From a virus, in the IMG/VR virus record IMGVR_UViG_3300032285_004186: a stretch of 64,000 nt of DNA; one strand, given 5' to 3'. How positions within the stretch are numbered: the stretch's first letter is position 1; each line of letters opens with the position of its first letter. The position numbers were made by a program, and so were the translations under genes. The notes under the pieces are model-generated. The model was not told the DNA's origin, made no database searches, and saw only the letters and a program-made list of their open reading frames with translations. Below are positions 26,746 through 38,122 of the stretch, piece after piece.

Positions 26746-28548
26746 ATGGCTAACTTCATTACCCCAACATCTTTAACTCCATATATAGCATTTGATCCGT
26801 CTGAACTTAGAAACAAAATTATAGACCGGCTCAATCAAGCAGAAGTATTTACAGATCAAAATTATCAAGGATCTAATTTGTCTGCTATCATAGACATAAT
26901 AGGATACGTTTTTAGCACTTTACAATTTTATAACAGCAAAGTGTCTTCAGAAAGTATGTTTTCTGAAGCTCAAATATATGAAAATATGAATCGTATAGTT
27001 AAACTCATTAACTATAAACCCATAGGAAGATTAACTCAAAATTTACCATTTAATTTAACCGCAACTAATGATTTAGGCCCAGCTGCCTATGTAATACCTC
27101 GTTTTAGTTATATAATTACAGGTGGAACTACTTTTACTTTAACACAAGATTTAGCATTTTCAAAATTAACTAGCTTATCAGAAGATATAGCAGATATTAA
27201 TAATAATTATTTATTATATCAGGGTACAATGGAGGAATATCCTCTACACACAGCTGTTGGAATAGATAATGAAGTAGTATTTTTAAATTTAGACAAAAAT
27301 ATTCAAGTAGATCATTTTAATATTTTTGTATATGTAAAATCTACATCGTCTTCCGCTTGGAGGGAATATACCCGAGTAGAAGATAGATCTACCTATACAG
27401 CAAAAGATAATATTTTTGAAATTAGATTCAATGCAAACAAATATTATGAAATTACATTTGGTGATGGTGTAAACGGAACTTCTTTAACTCCCGGTGATCA
27501 AGTTGCTATTTATTATTTAAATATAAATCCTCTAGCTTTAAATGTCGGAGCAAATGCTTTAGATCACAGTAATTTAATACCGTTTAATTCCATACAATTC
27601 CAATCAATTATTAAAGATACTGCAAATGTTTTTGGCAATTATATTTCTTCAGATCTGTTTAATTATATTCAGTTATCAAATACTTTTCCCTCGTCTAACT
27701 ATAGCCCAGAAGAAAATGTAGATTCTATTCGAAACAATTCTCCTAAAATTTTCAGATCTCAACATAGATTAGTTTCTTTACAGGATTATGAATATTTTAT
27801 TAAAACTAATTTTAATAATTTAATTTCTACATCTTCTATAGTTAACAATGATGATTATTTAAGGGGTCATTTAAGATATTTGTATAATATCGGATTAAAT
27901 AACCCTCAATCAAAAACTTTAGTATTATTCAATCAAATTAAATTTGCTAATAGTTGTAATTTTAACAATATCTACATATATAGTGTACCTGTAAGAGATC
28001 AATTATATCTATCTTCTCCTCAAAAAGAATACATAATAAATAAAATTAATTCTTTAAAAACTCTCACTTCTCAAACTATGTTTATGGATCCGGAGTATAT
28101 GTACTTTGATTTTTATACTAAAAGATCAGACGGAACATTTGATACAACAGACATAAACAATTCTAAATTAATTATATACAAAAATCCTAATGTAAGAAGA
28201 TCTAATTCAGCTATTTTATACGATGTAATTCAAGTATTTTTACAAACTTTTAACAAAAATACCACATCTTTGGGTCAAGATATTAATACTCATCAATTAT
28301 CAACAGACATCTTGTCTATAGACGGAATCAAGTCTTTACAAACTTATAGAAGTGATATAAACAGTGGCGTAAATGAAATATCATTTTTAGTATGGAATTC
28401 TAAATACCCAAACGATGATGTTAATGTATACACTCAAACTGTTCATTTAGATTATTTTCAATTTCCACTTTTTAATAATATTTCAGATTTAGCAAATCGC
28501 ATAGAAATAATAGATTTATCTAATTCTATTAAAATACCTGAATTTTAA
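26746..28548 (+). CDS. gp6: Baseplate wedge protein (T4 gp6-like)
   Basis: FTDQNYQGSNLS.IID, ESMFSEAQ, YEITFGDGVNG, E.VDSIR.N.P, Q.RLVS..DY. Confidence 0.9.
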   Translation: MANFITPTSLTPYIAFDPSELRNKIIDRLNQAEVFTDQNYQGSNLSAIIDIIGYVFSTLQFYNSKVSSESMFSEAQIYENMNRIVKLINYKPIGRLTQNLPFNLTATNDLGPAAYVIPRFSYIITGGTTFTLTQDLAFSKLTSLSEDIADINNNYLLYQGTMEEYPLHTAVGIDNEVVFLNLDKNIQVDHFNIFVYVKSTSSSAWREYTRVEDRSTYTAKDNIFEIRFNANKYYEITFGDGVNGTSLTPGDQVAIYYLNINPLALNVGANALDHSNLIPFNSIQFQSIIKDTANVFGNYISSDLFNYIQLSNTFPSSNYSPEENVDSIRNNSPKIFRSQHRLVSLQDYEYFIKTNFNNLISTSSIVNNDDYLRGHLRYLYNIGLNNPQSKTLVLFNQIKFANSCNFNNIYIYSVPVRDQLYLSSPQKEYIINKINSLKTLTSQTMFMDPEYMYFDFYTKRSDGTFDTTDINNSKLIIYKNPNVRRSNSAILYDVIQVFLQTFNKNTTSLGQDINTHQLSTDILSIDGIKSLQTYRSDINSGVNEISFLVWNSKYPNDDVNVYTQTVHLDYFQFPLFNNISDLANRIEIIDLSNSIKIPEF

Positions 28549-28550
28549 AT

Positions 28551-31500
28551 ATGAGCATTCCTATACTTTCATCCAACACTGATTCTGGAAAAATGGGTGT
28601 TACTAAATTTATATTTGATTCTGGTATAACAGATAATTCATATAAAATTGTTTGGTATTTTGGTGATGGTGGGTCTTATAAAGGTAATACATCCCAACAC
28701 ATTTACTATTCACCAGGAACTTATACAGTTACGATGCTTGCTTATCCAACATCTGGCAGTCCTCTTATTCAGAAAAAGAACATAGTAATAACTCTGCATT
28801 TTAATAATTCTATTAATTTTAATTTTATTCCACCACCAACCTTTGCCGGACATTACAATAGATATCCATTTAGGGTTAACATAACTGCACCAGACATTCA
28901 TGATCATTATGTTAATCTGGGGTGTCAATTTTCTAGATCAGATTCTCCTCAGGAAGTACCAAATAAATGGTCTTTTTTAAGACCACAATGGAGGTTTTTT
29001 GATATTAATGGCAATTTGATACAAAAAATTAAAACTAAAGATACTATTATTAAAATAAATGATCTAGGTGATATAGATCCTAATGGTACTTTTGTTGCCG
29101 GAGTTACAGGATATGCAGATTTTTATTTTTCAGATGATATATACAATGCAGATTTGGCTCAAAATGGTTTGCCTTATACAACCATTATAGCCACTTTAGA
29201 TACATTAAATTCTAAAGATTTTACTTTACAATCTGATGCTTTAAATCAGCTTCCTAGTTATGCAAATAGTCTAGCATCTGCTACATGTCCTCATATATTC
29301 CTCTGGAGAACTCCAGATTATTTAAAAGTATCAGAAAACGGTATCCGACCATATGCAAACCCTCGATGGTCCGATAGCAATATTCCTATAATAGTAACCG
29401 CTAATATACATAATGAATTTCCAGATCCGTTTTTAGATGGTAATGGTGTAAAGATCATAAATCCAGACTCATTTTTTGTTCACAATTTTCCACTTAATAA
29501 TTTAGATTCAATTTATGTAAATTTACAAATTACTGGTTATGATATTAATTTTTCACCCACTCCATCATTTTATTGGACAGATGAATCAAATTATAAAATA
29601 CCAGGATATTATAAAGGTTCTTTTAATTTTCCAGAACCAAGTGCTTCTAATGTTCAAGTAGACGCCTCTTTAACATTTGCGATTCCTATCACTTCTTATA
29701 ACTACTATAATCCCTTTATATGGGTTTCTAGCTTATCTTCTAATCAAATATATGTAACGTCTTATCAAAAATTTAAAGAACTAGATTCTATTTCAATTAA
29801 TAAAGTTCCGTATACTAAGAGTATATCCTTTACTAATTCTTATTCAGCAAATGAATATACAATAGCTGCTGGACATTTACCTGATTATCATGCATGGGTA
29901 TCAGACCGAAATCTTAAGCAAATTTATCACGTTTCATCTTTAGGACAAATATTAACTACAGTTAATATACCTTCTTTAATAAAAAATTCTTGTGGAGTAT
30001 CTTTGACTGGCAATCAGGCGGAACCAGTTTCTTTAATCATGGACGGAAATAAAAATGTTTGGTTTTCCTTAAAAAATAGCTTGTCTACTGTTAAATTAGA
30101 TCCTTATGGCAATTTTTTATTAGCAACTTGTCCTCCAATTTACGATCCTACAGTTTCCTCTGGAGGCACTCCTACACACATGGAGACTAATTCTCTCAAT
30201 GATGTATATGTAAGTTATTCCAGCCTTGCAAGTGGATTTTTGGTGAGATATTCCTCAGATGGTTCTGTAATAAATGTTTCCGGTAGCATATATAACAGAA
30301 ATCTGGCCCCTAAACAAATCGTTAGTGCTTCCTCAGATAGCAATGGCGGAGATACTTGGCAGTGTATCTATTCAAACAACTCTAAAGATTATATTATACA
30401 AAAAAAATCTTGGGACAATAATTTATTATTTTATGATTCCAACAGTGCCATTTATGCCGCTTCTTATGGTCCCTTTTTAAATGTAAATCATTTAACTTTA
30501 GACAAAGATTATAATCTCTGGTTTACTTTTAATAACCAAAGTCTTGGAAAAATAACAAATTCTACATATGCATTATCTACTATAGAAGTATTCAATGAAT
30601 ATTCTTCTTTATTTACACCCAATTCATCTTCTGTTAAAGGTTTAGTAACAGATTTTAGTGGAAAAATATTTGTTATTAATTCCACTGAGAGTCAGGTTTA
30701 TGTGATTGATGGTGAACAAATGACTATAACAGATTCTTTTTATGTTAAGAATTTATCGACTTTTTCTGGTGATTGTAACGGATTTAATTGGATCAACAAA
30801 TATAGATCATCTGCTCCAGAGTTTTTTGATCAAGAAATTTATCAAACTATATCTGGATCTTCAAATTATTTAAATTTTTATACAGATAAAGCCCAGGAAT
30901 ATGGTTTATTTAAAATAAATGAAAATTATGATTTGGCTCAAACTCTTAAAGATCATGCATTTACACCCAAATTAATAGAAAGTTCTGTTTTATTTAATGA
31001 ATTTTTCCCGGCAATTTTTGGTAAAAAACCGTTTAATACAAATGATTTAGGAGTTGAATTATATGAAAAAATATCTAATTTTTCTCTTAATCACAATGAT
31101 ATAGATACTTGCGGATTAGATCAATTATACAACAATGCTCAAATGGTTGATTTGATAACAGATGATTTTCGTTTAAATTATCCACCAGAATTGTTAAGAT
31201 TAATGCATTTAGCCAGCATTAATCAAACTAGATTATGGGGTGGTCAATTAAAAGGAGGATTACAATTTAGTTCTAAAGATCAAAATGGTTTCTTTAATAG
31301 AGGATCTCTTATTTCTTCTTTTTCTTATAGAGTAACTGGTGGAATTCCTTTGGTATTAAAAAATAAAACACTTTATGATCCTTGTAAATTAATATATACC
31401 GGAAGAATAAACGGTTATAGATATTATAGTTTAGATACCCTGGCTCAATACCTTAAATTGCCCACAGCTTGGAGGAATCAGTATGAATTTTATTCATATA

Positions 31501-31670
31501 TTCCTTCCGTTTCTGGTGATTATTTAGGAGGTATTATAGATTGGAACAATCCTCAAACAACAATAAATTTTGAAAATCCAACCATAGAATATTGGTCTGG
31601 TAAAGAAGGTGTCCTGGAAACATCTTTTGCATATGAATTATACAAGGGTTTAAATCTCTTGAACAGTTAA
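28551..31670 (+). CDS. Large baseplate-associated protein (PKD domain, beta-propeller, gp7-like C-terminus)
   Basis: WYFGDG...HIYYSPGTYTVT PKD motif; blade-like repeats (DGNKNVWF, DKDYNLWF, DFSGKIFV); follows gp6. Confidence 0.6.
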   Translation: MSIPILSSNTDSGKMGVTKFIFDSGITDNSYKIVWYFGDGGSYKGNTSQHIYYSPGTYTVTMLAYPTSGSPLIQKKNIVITLHFNNSINFNFIPPPTFAGHYNRYPFRVNITAPDIHDHYVNLGCQFSRSDSPQEVPNKWSFLRPQWRFFDINGNLIQKIKTKDTIIKINDLGDIDPNGTFVAGVTGYADFYFSDDIYNADLAQNGLPYTTIIATLDTLNSKDFTLQSDALNQLPSYANSLASATCPHIFLWRTPDYLKVSENGIRPYANPRWSDSNIPIIVTANIHNEFPDPFLDGNGVKIINPDSFFVHNFPLNNLDSIYVNLQITGYDINFSPTPSFYWTDESNYKIPGYYKGSFNFPEPSASNVQVDASLTFAIPITSYNYYNPFIWVSSLSSNQIYVTSYQKFKELDSISINKVPYTKSISFTNSYSANEYTIAAGHLPDYHAWVSDRNLKQIYHVSSLGQILTTVNIPSLIKNSCGVSLTGNQAEPVSLIMDGNKNVWFSLKNSLSTVKLDPYGNFLLATCPPIYDPTVSSGGTPTHMETNSLNDVYVSYSSLASGFLVRYSSDGSVINVSGSIYNRNLAPKQIVSASSDSNGGDTWQCIYSNNSKDYIIQKKSWDNNLLFYDSNSAIYAASYGPFLNVNHLTLDKDYNLWFTFNNQSLGKITNSTYALSTIEVFNEYSSLFTPNSSSVKGLVTDFSGKIFVINSTESQVYVIDGEQMTITDSFYVKNLSTFSGDCNGFNWINKYRSSAPEFFDQEIYQTISGSSNYLNFYTDKAQEYGLFKINENYDLAQTLKDHAFTPKLIESSVLFNEFFPAIFGKKPFNTNDLGVELYEKISNFSLNHNDIDTCGLDQLYNNAQMVDLITDDFRLNYPPELLRLMHLASINQTRLWGGQLKGGLQFSSKDQNGFFNRGSLISSFSYRVTGGIPLVLKNKTLYDPCKLIYTGRINGYRYYSLDTLAQYLKLPTAWRNQYEFYSYIPSVSGDYLGGIIDWNNPQTTINFENPTIEYWSGKEGVLETSFAYELYKGLNLLNS

Positions 31671-31691
31671 CATATCTGCTAAATATTACAC

Positions 31692-34600
31692 ATGGCTAGC
31701 AGTATACAAGCTTTTAATATACAAACTTTAGGTTCTTGGCCTACAGAAACCTATCAAATAAGCCCACTGGATCAATATATAGATCCCAATGCCGGGTTTT
31801 TGCCGGCTGAAAACATGTTTCGCTACTTAAATGTAGCCATGAATGAAACTGACTCTTTACATACTGTTAATTATTATGGTATAAATTACAAATTTTCTGA
31901 TCCACCAATCAGTCAATATGTTATAGATACATCTCGTAATTCTTCTTTGGTATGGGATTTATCTTCTCATCGAAAAGCATACAATTTCGGACCTCAAATT
32001 AATTACTTGTATATATTGTCCAATCCAGGTGTAGATAGTTTGTATCAAAAATACTATGCTACTCTCACATATCCCTCTAGATTATTTTTAAAACCTTTAA
32101 ATTTACGGAAAAATGCCTCTTCTTGGACCCTTACTACCAGTTCTGTTTTAGTATCTGCCCAATCTTTCTTTTTTTCTGGTTCATCTCATGAAATAGCTTC
32201 TTATTTGCAGCACATTTCTTATTTAAATTCTCCACCAACATTTATTCCTTTACCTAATGATATAAAAAACAATTTTGTATTTGAATTATCTAGTTGTCGC
32301 ATGCAGGTAAACACACCACTGGTGATGTTTACAGATACCTTTAACCCAGCAAAAGCTAGTCGAACTTTAGATCGATTGGGAGGAGTTATACGCCCGGACT
32401 CAACTTTTATTACTTATAATATAAATTATTACAATAAACAAAATAATAAGATTACATCACTATCTCAAGTGACACCTGACGTAGATCATTTAGCTCCGCA
32501 TGGATTCAAAACATCATATATCCTTAATCAATCTGAGTTATCTAGTAGTAGTTTGCAAAAATATCAATTATTACAATATAAACCATTTGATAATGTCACT
32601 GATAATTTGGCATCACCATTTTTATGTATATTAAGTGCGGTTTTTAATCTTACATCTACTAATTTACAATATTTTAATTTACAATTTGCAAGAGACAATT
32701 ACACCCTCTACACGGCAAGCACAGGTACTCCGGGCAGCATAATAGGAGCTTCCTACATAGTAGACAGCGATAGAATGCTCTTTTCCACAGAAACCAGTCA
32801 AAGTACTCTTTCTTCTTTTCAAATAAACGGAATTTCTAAAAATCTAGGCATTCCTGTAAATTATGCATATCTAACAAACAATTCTTCTTGGACTACAAAA
32901 TATCCGCCTCATTATTATAGTTATAAAAATTCTTTATATTCTCCACTTAACGGATTTTCTAATAATAAATCTGATACTTGCAATCTTACTTTTTATTTAC
33001 AAACTTCTGTTGTAAATTTACAAACAACTAGTGCTCTTTTATCATCTTTTATATCTTCAGATCACAACATTTTGTCTTATAATCTTCCCGACAATAATGT
33101 AAATGAATATATTAAATATGAATTAATTTCTGATAATAGTTTAATCAGAAACACTCAATCTTTAAGTGCTATTAATTTTTATTACGGCTCTTCAACTTTT
33201 AGTTCTCCTTATAACATAATTTCATCTCCATGGGTGTCAGTTACAAGTGGGTGTCAATTATATATAGATTATCCAGGAGCACCATACGGACAAACTTCTT
33301 TAACAATACGTTCAACTCTAAGTTCTGCGGCTGGATACCTAGCATCTAGACAAGTAGCTGAAGTTTCTTTAGCACCTGGAATATTTCAAAGTGCTGTAGG
33401 GCATCCTATTTTCTTAGATAGAGTCGACCAAGGCCCAGATTATTTTGATGTTTCTTGCTCTATGTTAACAGCCTCTCCTGGATGGCCTACTAAAGATTTG
33501 CGAGATAGCTATATTTCCTGGAGTTTTACGCCTCAAGATTTAAATGCTCAACTTTTGTCTATAAATTCAGCTGGATCTGTTCTATTAAATCTATCAGCCA
33601 ATCAGCCTTATCGTTTTTCAGATTTTACAAATTCTGTAAGGTTGTCAGGTATTGGGTTTTCCACAGCAGTTATATACCTTTCGTCTCAAAAATATAATCA
33701 AGTTACTTCTCTTACTTCCATTTCTAGTTTATATGATCCTTTTTATTTAAAACAATTTGTTATAAATCCTCAAATTCCTTTAGCCAATGAAAATAAAACT
33801 AGAACTATAACTCTTTTTGCTCAATTACCATTTGCTAATCAACTTTATGACATACCTTTAGGCACTTCTGTGTTTTGGGAGTGGGATTATTTAACAAACA
33901 CAGCTCCTACCAGGGGTCCTATAAACGTTTATTATGGTCCTTTAAAGACTCCATACACATATGGTCAGGAAATGGATATAACATCTTTAAGTTCAATTTA
34001 TATTGAAATTACTCCTCAAGAAAATGATAATATTCCAATATTAAATCATGCAAGATTTCGTTTAAGTAGTAAAATTAGAAACCCTCAAATATCTAGTATA
34101 TATGAAGTAGTGGTTGATGATTTTCCAGCTCGCTCCATTTTTAATTCAGATTTTAAAATTGGATATACAAATTACCAACAAACAGAAGGTATTATATTAG
34201 ATACAGGTTTAAACAATTTTACAGTAACCCGCCCAAATGACGGCACCAATGTTTTTTCCCTTTCTAGTTATGCTAATTCTCACATTAGTCCAAACACAAC
34301 TTATGTATGGACCATTTCAGACGATGCAAACACTCTCTCTTCTCAAAAAATTTTATATTCTAATCATGTTATAAATTATGATATTAACCCTAGAGCCTCT
34401 GTTACTACTATAACTCTCAGTGCTCTCTCGGCTGTATTGACCCCGTGGTTTAATTTAAATATTACAGGCAACACAGAATTTTCTAACACAAATCCGGTCC
34501 ATAGTGTAGAAACATCTGTTACAGTATTTACACCAACCACGGCAGATTTTTACAAACCTTTAGAATTTATTATATATCCAGAATATGCTTGGTTAGGTGG

Positions 34601-37478
34601 GAGAAATTTAACTATATTAAATCAATCAAACTATACTTTATCTAAAGCACCTTCTGCATATCAGCATAAAAAATCTAATAGCCAGACATATTGGATAAGT
34701 GCTAATAAATTTTTTAATCAATATGATTATTGTATTGGTTCTAATTATCTATTTTTGTCTTCTTTAAGCAGTAATATAGGAATAATAGATATTCCATACT
34801 CCACAGAAATGTTTGATATTTCCGGATTAACAATTTCTTTGTCCGGGTTTAGTGATCTATATCCACCAAATCATACCATTTCTTATTTTAAACCTGATAA
34901 AGATTTTTTAAAGTCTTTTAATTTTTATATAACAGCTGCAACCAGTGTTTTATCTGGCAATTCTTATCTAAATTCTTTTAAATCTAATCCGTTTATAGTT
35001 CCTTACAATACAGATATAGATTTTACCTTTTCTTTAGCCAAGACTTCTCTGGATTTAAATTATAACAGAACAATTACCATTACTCAGCATTTTTCCGCTA
35101 AACCTTACAATTCTCCAGTAAGACCCCTAACTGAATTTGGTACAGTTACTTATTTACTTTCTACTAATTTTTGGTCCAAAGAAATCACTCTTCCGTCTAT
35201 AGACGGCACTTTCAACGCTCTTTATTTAAAAACCGGTGACCCCTATGAGGAAGGATATGTAAGTGATTCTCAAACAAATTATCTAGCATTTAAACCACTT
35301 TTTAGTAAAATGTTTTATCAAATACCCTCGTCTACTTTTGATAATTATTCTATAACTGATTATGAAGGTCAAAGAGATTTGTGGAATAAAGATACACAAA
35401 TAACTTATTTTCCAACATCAAATACTGGTCCGTATAAATGGCAAACTTTAGTTACTCACGTTACGGGTTTAAAACCATTAATTTTTGTGTCAGACTATAT
35501 AGCTCTTACTGGACAAGAAATATATATACAATATTCCATGCCAGATGAGCTAAAAGAACATTATCATAATGTAGCTTATTATGCTACAGATTTTGGTGAA
35601 ACTGGCTCGACTTATATTTTACCAACCACTAGTCTACCTTATCAATTAAGCAAATATCAATATTCTTCTACTGGATCTTTTTTTATACAATACTCTGCAT
35701 TTTATACAGATGGAGCTCTCAAAACCGGAGAACTTTTAGATCCTATCACAATCAAACCTTATTGGACTCAATATGATCAAAGTGTTATAAGAACCATAGA
35801 TGAAAATTCTTTAATTTTTCCTTATTCTTTAGAACAAACCACTATTCAACCTAATGAGTGGGGAGATGTTGATATCTTTAATACTTCAGTTTCTCGCTTA
35901 TATAACAATTTGCAATATTTGCAAGATAACATACAAACAATTAATTCTGATACACCCACATTACTTTATGGTTGGTTAGGTGGAAATGTTTATACTAAAT
36001 CTCAAGGCATTCGTTGGTTTGTTCGAAATTTTGATCCAAAATATTATCTTTTTCCTAATTATGCCTCAACCACCAATAGTGTATCTGCATTCTATAATAT
36101 AGAAGACATAGCTATTAATAATGATTACATATATGTATTAGATAATTATAAACTTAGATGTTTTTATAATAAATCTTACAAACCTATAGAGACTTTTTTT
36201 GATTTATCTTCTTCTTGGAATTTGGAAATGGTTGCTCCTAATAGTTTAGATATAGATTTAGAGACTTCTGATTTATTTATTGTAGACCCTCCTCGCAATA
36301 AAATTGTTCGTTTGAATGTAGATCTACAAACTCCAGCCATTAATTTTTCAGTTAATGTTGGTGGATTTGGATCTCGATTAGATTCCAGCAAATTTAACGC
36401 ACCTTCTCAGGTAGTTGTAGCCAATAATAGTGTTTTTGTTTTAGATTATAATAATAAATGTGTTAAAGAATATACCAAGGATCTTAATTGGATGCACACC
36501 TATTATCATCCAGATTTTGAAACTAATTCTCCCATTAGTATAGCCAGTAATCAAACTGGCTTAGTTTATATAGCCACGTCAACTTTTAAAATTTATATTT
36601 TTTCTGATGCAAATCCATCTACTCCAGTAGTTAATTTTACATTAACAGAAATGCAAAATTTAAATATAAAAATTGTTAAAATAATTTTAGATAAATTTGG
36701 CGGATTTTTATATGTTAACGGTATCAAGAAAACATTTAAATATACCTCCACACCTATAAAAACAAATAACAATTCTTATGTAGGAGTTTTTATAGGCATA
36801 ATGAATTTAAATTTTTCATCTTCTTCCATTAAAAACGGATCTAATCAAAATTTATTTTTATCAACTAAAAACGCGATTATTAGAGTACAAGACATAGTTG
36901 CTTTATTTAAAATTGGCAAAGGCTTGCCTTATTCAAATTGGACGCAAGAGCAATTATTGTTAAACAAACAAGAATTTGCTTCTGATTTAAACTATAATAA
37001 ATGTTTGCAGCGTTTAGTACAAAATGTTAAAACTTTTAGAAATAATTTAAATGCTAAATTTGTTAAATCTCTTAAAAAAACTGCTGTAGGAGATGTATCT
37101 TATTTTGCCATGGCTCCTATTTCTGTATCAGATCTACCTGTATTTGAAGATGATGTAGAAAATGAATTGGTTAATATTGGAGTCAATGAATTACATATAC
37201 CTCAGGTTTTTAATAGAGAAATATCTAAAATTTACAGATCTTTAGATTTATTAAGAAATTTTTTAAATATATCTCAAATATCAGAACCAACTACACAGAC
37301 TATACAAGAAAGTTTTTGTTGGTCTTGGAAGGCTACTTCTTGTTATAATTTAACCTTGCCTTCTATTAAAGTATTAGATGTAAATCCTATTACTTATACA
37401 GAATTAAAAGCAGACTTTCCTGTAGATTATGCACCCTCTAAATATTGGAAAGATGCTCAATCTAATTGCTGTTCTTAA
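31692..37478 (+). CDS. 1928-aa virion structural protein with C-terminal NHL-type beta-propeller
   Basis: TAAATA 6 nt upstream; Ser/Thr-rich beta content; LFIVDPPRNKIV, GGFG....SKFNAPSQV, VFVLDYNNKCVKEY. Confidence 0.65.
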   Translation: MASSIQAFNIQTLGSWPTETYQISPLDQYIDPNAGFLPAENMFRYLNVAMNETDSLHTVNYYGINYKFSDPPISQYVIDTSRNSSLVWDLSSHRKAYNFGPQINYLYILSNPGVDSLYQKYYATLTYPSRLFLKPLNLRKNASSWTLTTSSVLVSAQSFFFSGSSHEIASYLQHISYLNSPPTFIPLPNDIKNNFVFELSSCRMQVNTPLVMFTDTFNPAKASRTLDRLGGVIRPDSTFITYNINYYNKQNNKITSLSQVTPDVDHLAPHGFKTSYILNQSELSSSSLQKYQLLQYKPFDNVTDNLASPFLCILSAVFNLTSTNLQYFNLQFARDNYTLYTASTGTPGSIIGASYIVDSDRMLFSTETSQSTLSSFQINGISKNLGIPVNYAYLTNNSSWTTKYPPHYYSYKNSLYSPLNGFSNNKSDTCNLTFYLQTSVVNLQTTSALLSSFISSDHNILSYNLPDNNVNEYIKYELISDNSLIRNTQSLSAINFYYGSSTFSSPYNIISSPWVSVTSGCQLYIDYPGAPYGQTSLTIRSTLSSAAGYLASRQVAEVSLAPGIFQSAVGHPIFLDRVDQGPDYFDVSCSMLTASPGWPTKDLRDSYISWSFTPQDLNAQLLSINSAGSVLLNLSANQPYRFSDFTNSVRLSGIGFSTAVIYLSSQKYNQVTSLTSISSLYDPFYLKQFVINPQIPLANENKTRTITLFAQLPFANQLYDIPLGTSVFWEWDYLTNTAPTRGPINVYYGPLKTPYTYGQEMDITSLSSIYIEITPQENDNIPILNHARFRLSSKIRNPQISSIYEVVVDDFPARSIFNSDFKIGYTNYQQTEGIILDTGLNNFTVTRPNDGTNVFSLSSYANSHISPNTTYVWTISDDANTLSSQKILYSNHVINYDINPRASVTTITLSALSAVLTPWFNLNITGNTEFSNTNPVHSVETSVTVFTPTTADFYKPLEFIIYPEYAWLGGRNLTILNQSNYTLSKAPSAYQHKKSNSQTYWISANKFFNQYDYCIGSNYLFLSSLSSNIGIIDIPYSTEMFDISGLTISLSGFSDLYPPNHTISYFKPDKDFLKSFNFYITAATSVLSGNSYLNSFKSNPFIVPYNTDIDFTFSLAKTSLDLNYNRTITITQHFSAKPYNSPVRPLTEFGTVTYLLSTNFWSKEITLPSIDGTFNALYLKTGDPYEEGYVSDSQTNYLAFKPLFSKMFYQIPSSTFDNYSITDYEGQRDLWNKDTQITYFPTSNTGPYKWQTLVTHVTGLKPLIFVSDYIALTGQEIYIQYSMPDELKEHYHNVAYYATDFGETGSTYILPTTSLPYQLSKYQYSSTGSFFIQYSAFYTDGALKTGELLDPITIKPYWTQYDQSVIRTIDENSLIFPYSLEQTTIQPNEWGDVDIFNTSVSRLYNNLQYLQDNIQTINSDTPTLLYGWLGGNVYTKSQGIRWFVRNFDPKYYLFPNYASTTNSVSAFYNIEDIAINNDYIYVLDNYKLRCFYNKSYKPIETFFDLSSSWNLEMVAPNSLDIDLETSDLFIVDPPRNKIVRLNVDLQTPAINFSVNVGGFGSRLDSSKFNAPSQVVVANNSVFVLDYNNKCVKEYTKDLNWMHTYYHPDFETNSPISIASNQTGLVYIATSTFKIYIFSDANPSTPVVNFTLTEMQNLNIKIVKIILDKFGGFLYVNGIKKTFKYTSTPIKTNNNSYVGVFIGIMNLNFSSSSIKNGSNQNLFLSTKNAIIRVQDIVALFKIGKGLPYSNWTQEQLLLNKQEFASDLNYNKCLQRLVQNVKTFRNNLNAKFVKSLKKTAVGDVSYFAMAPISVSDLPVFEDDVENELVNIGVNELHIPQVFNREISKIYRSLDLLRNFLNISQISEPTTQTIQESFCWSWKATSCYNLTLPSIKVLDVNPITYTELKADFPVDYAPSKYWKDAQSNCCS

Positions 37479-37486
37479 TTATTAGC

Positions 37487-37494
37487 TATAAATA
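37487..37494 (+). promoter_or_regulatory. T4-type late promoter TATAAATA
   Basis: Exact T4 gp55 consensus 6 nt before ATG 37501. Core TAA(A/G)TA recurs at 3212, 4838, 13484, 14717, 16600, 18529, 19241, 19498, 20455, 23083, 31680, 39062, 48605, 52907. Confidence 0.7.
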
Positions 37495-37500
37495 AATACA

Positions 37501-38121
37501 ATGTTTCACTATTCTACTATAATTTTAGATCCAGATAATAGAGAAATTGTATTAAATGGTATATCACCATTTTCTTTGTCTATAGATCCACAAAATACAG
37601 ATCGAGGACTTAAAACTTATAAAATAGTATATGATTTTGATGACGATTCAGCTATAATTACCAAACTTTTAGCAGCAATGCCTTCAGCTAAAAATGATTA
37701 TTTAAAATACCCGTATGAAATTTTAGATCCACGTAATCAAATTTTGACTCATTCTTTAATTTTACGACAAGAAATATCCAGAACTTTTAATATAAATATT
37801 AAAGTCTATTCTATTTTAAATCCAATAATAGGATCTGGAGAAGTTCCTAATTATACAGAATATAAAATTACTTTAAATTTAGAAGCTCCTATATTAGATA
37901 CGGCATCTATTGCCACGAGTGGTAATTATTTTGAAGAAATGCACTTAGTTAACACTAGAATGTTTGGAGCAGATAATACTATTCTTTATAATTTTGAAAG
38001 TGAAAATCCTCATTATCTTTTACCAACTTTAGTTAAATGGCATAATTTATATAGTGATTTAAATCCTCCTCCATTTTTATTTGATCCTGAATATTCGCCC
38101 CGCGGTATGTACCCACGATAA
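37501..38121 (+). CDS. Hypothetical virion protein
   Basis: Late promoter, tail-region context, IVYDFDD PKD-like remnant. Confidence 0.55.
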   Translation: MFHYSTIILDPDNREIVLNGISPFSLSIDPQNTDRGLKTYKIVYDFDDDSAIITKLLAAMPSAKNDYLKYPYEILDPRNQILTHSLILRQEISRTFNINIKVYSILNPIIGSGEVPNYTEYKITLNLEAPILDTASIATSGNYFEEMHLVNTRMFGADNTILYNFESENPHYLLPTLVKWHNLYSDLNPPPFLFDPEYSPRGMYPR

Positions 38122-38122
38122 T

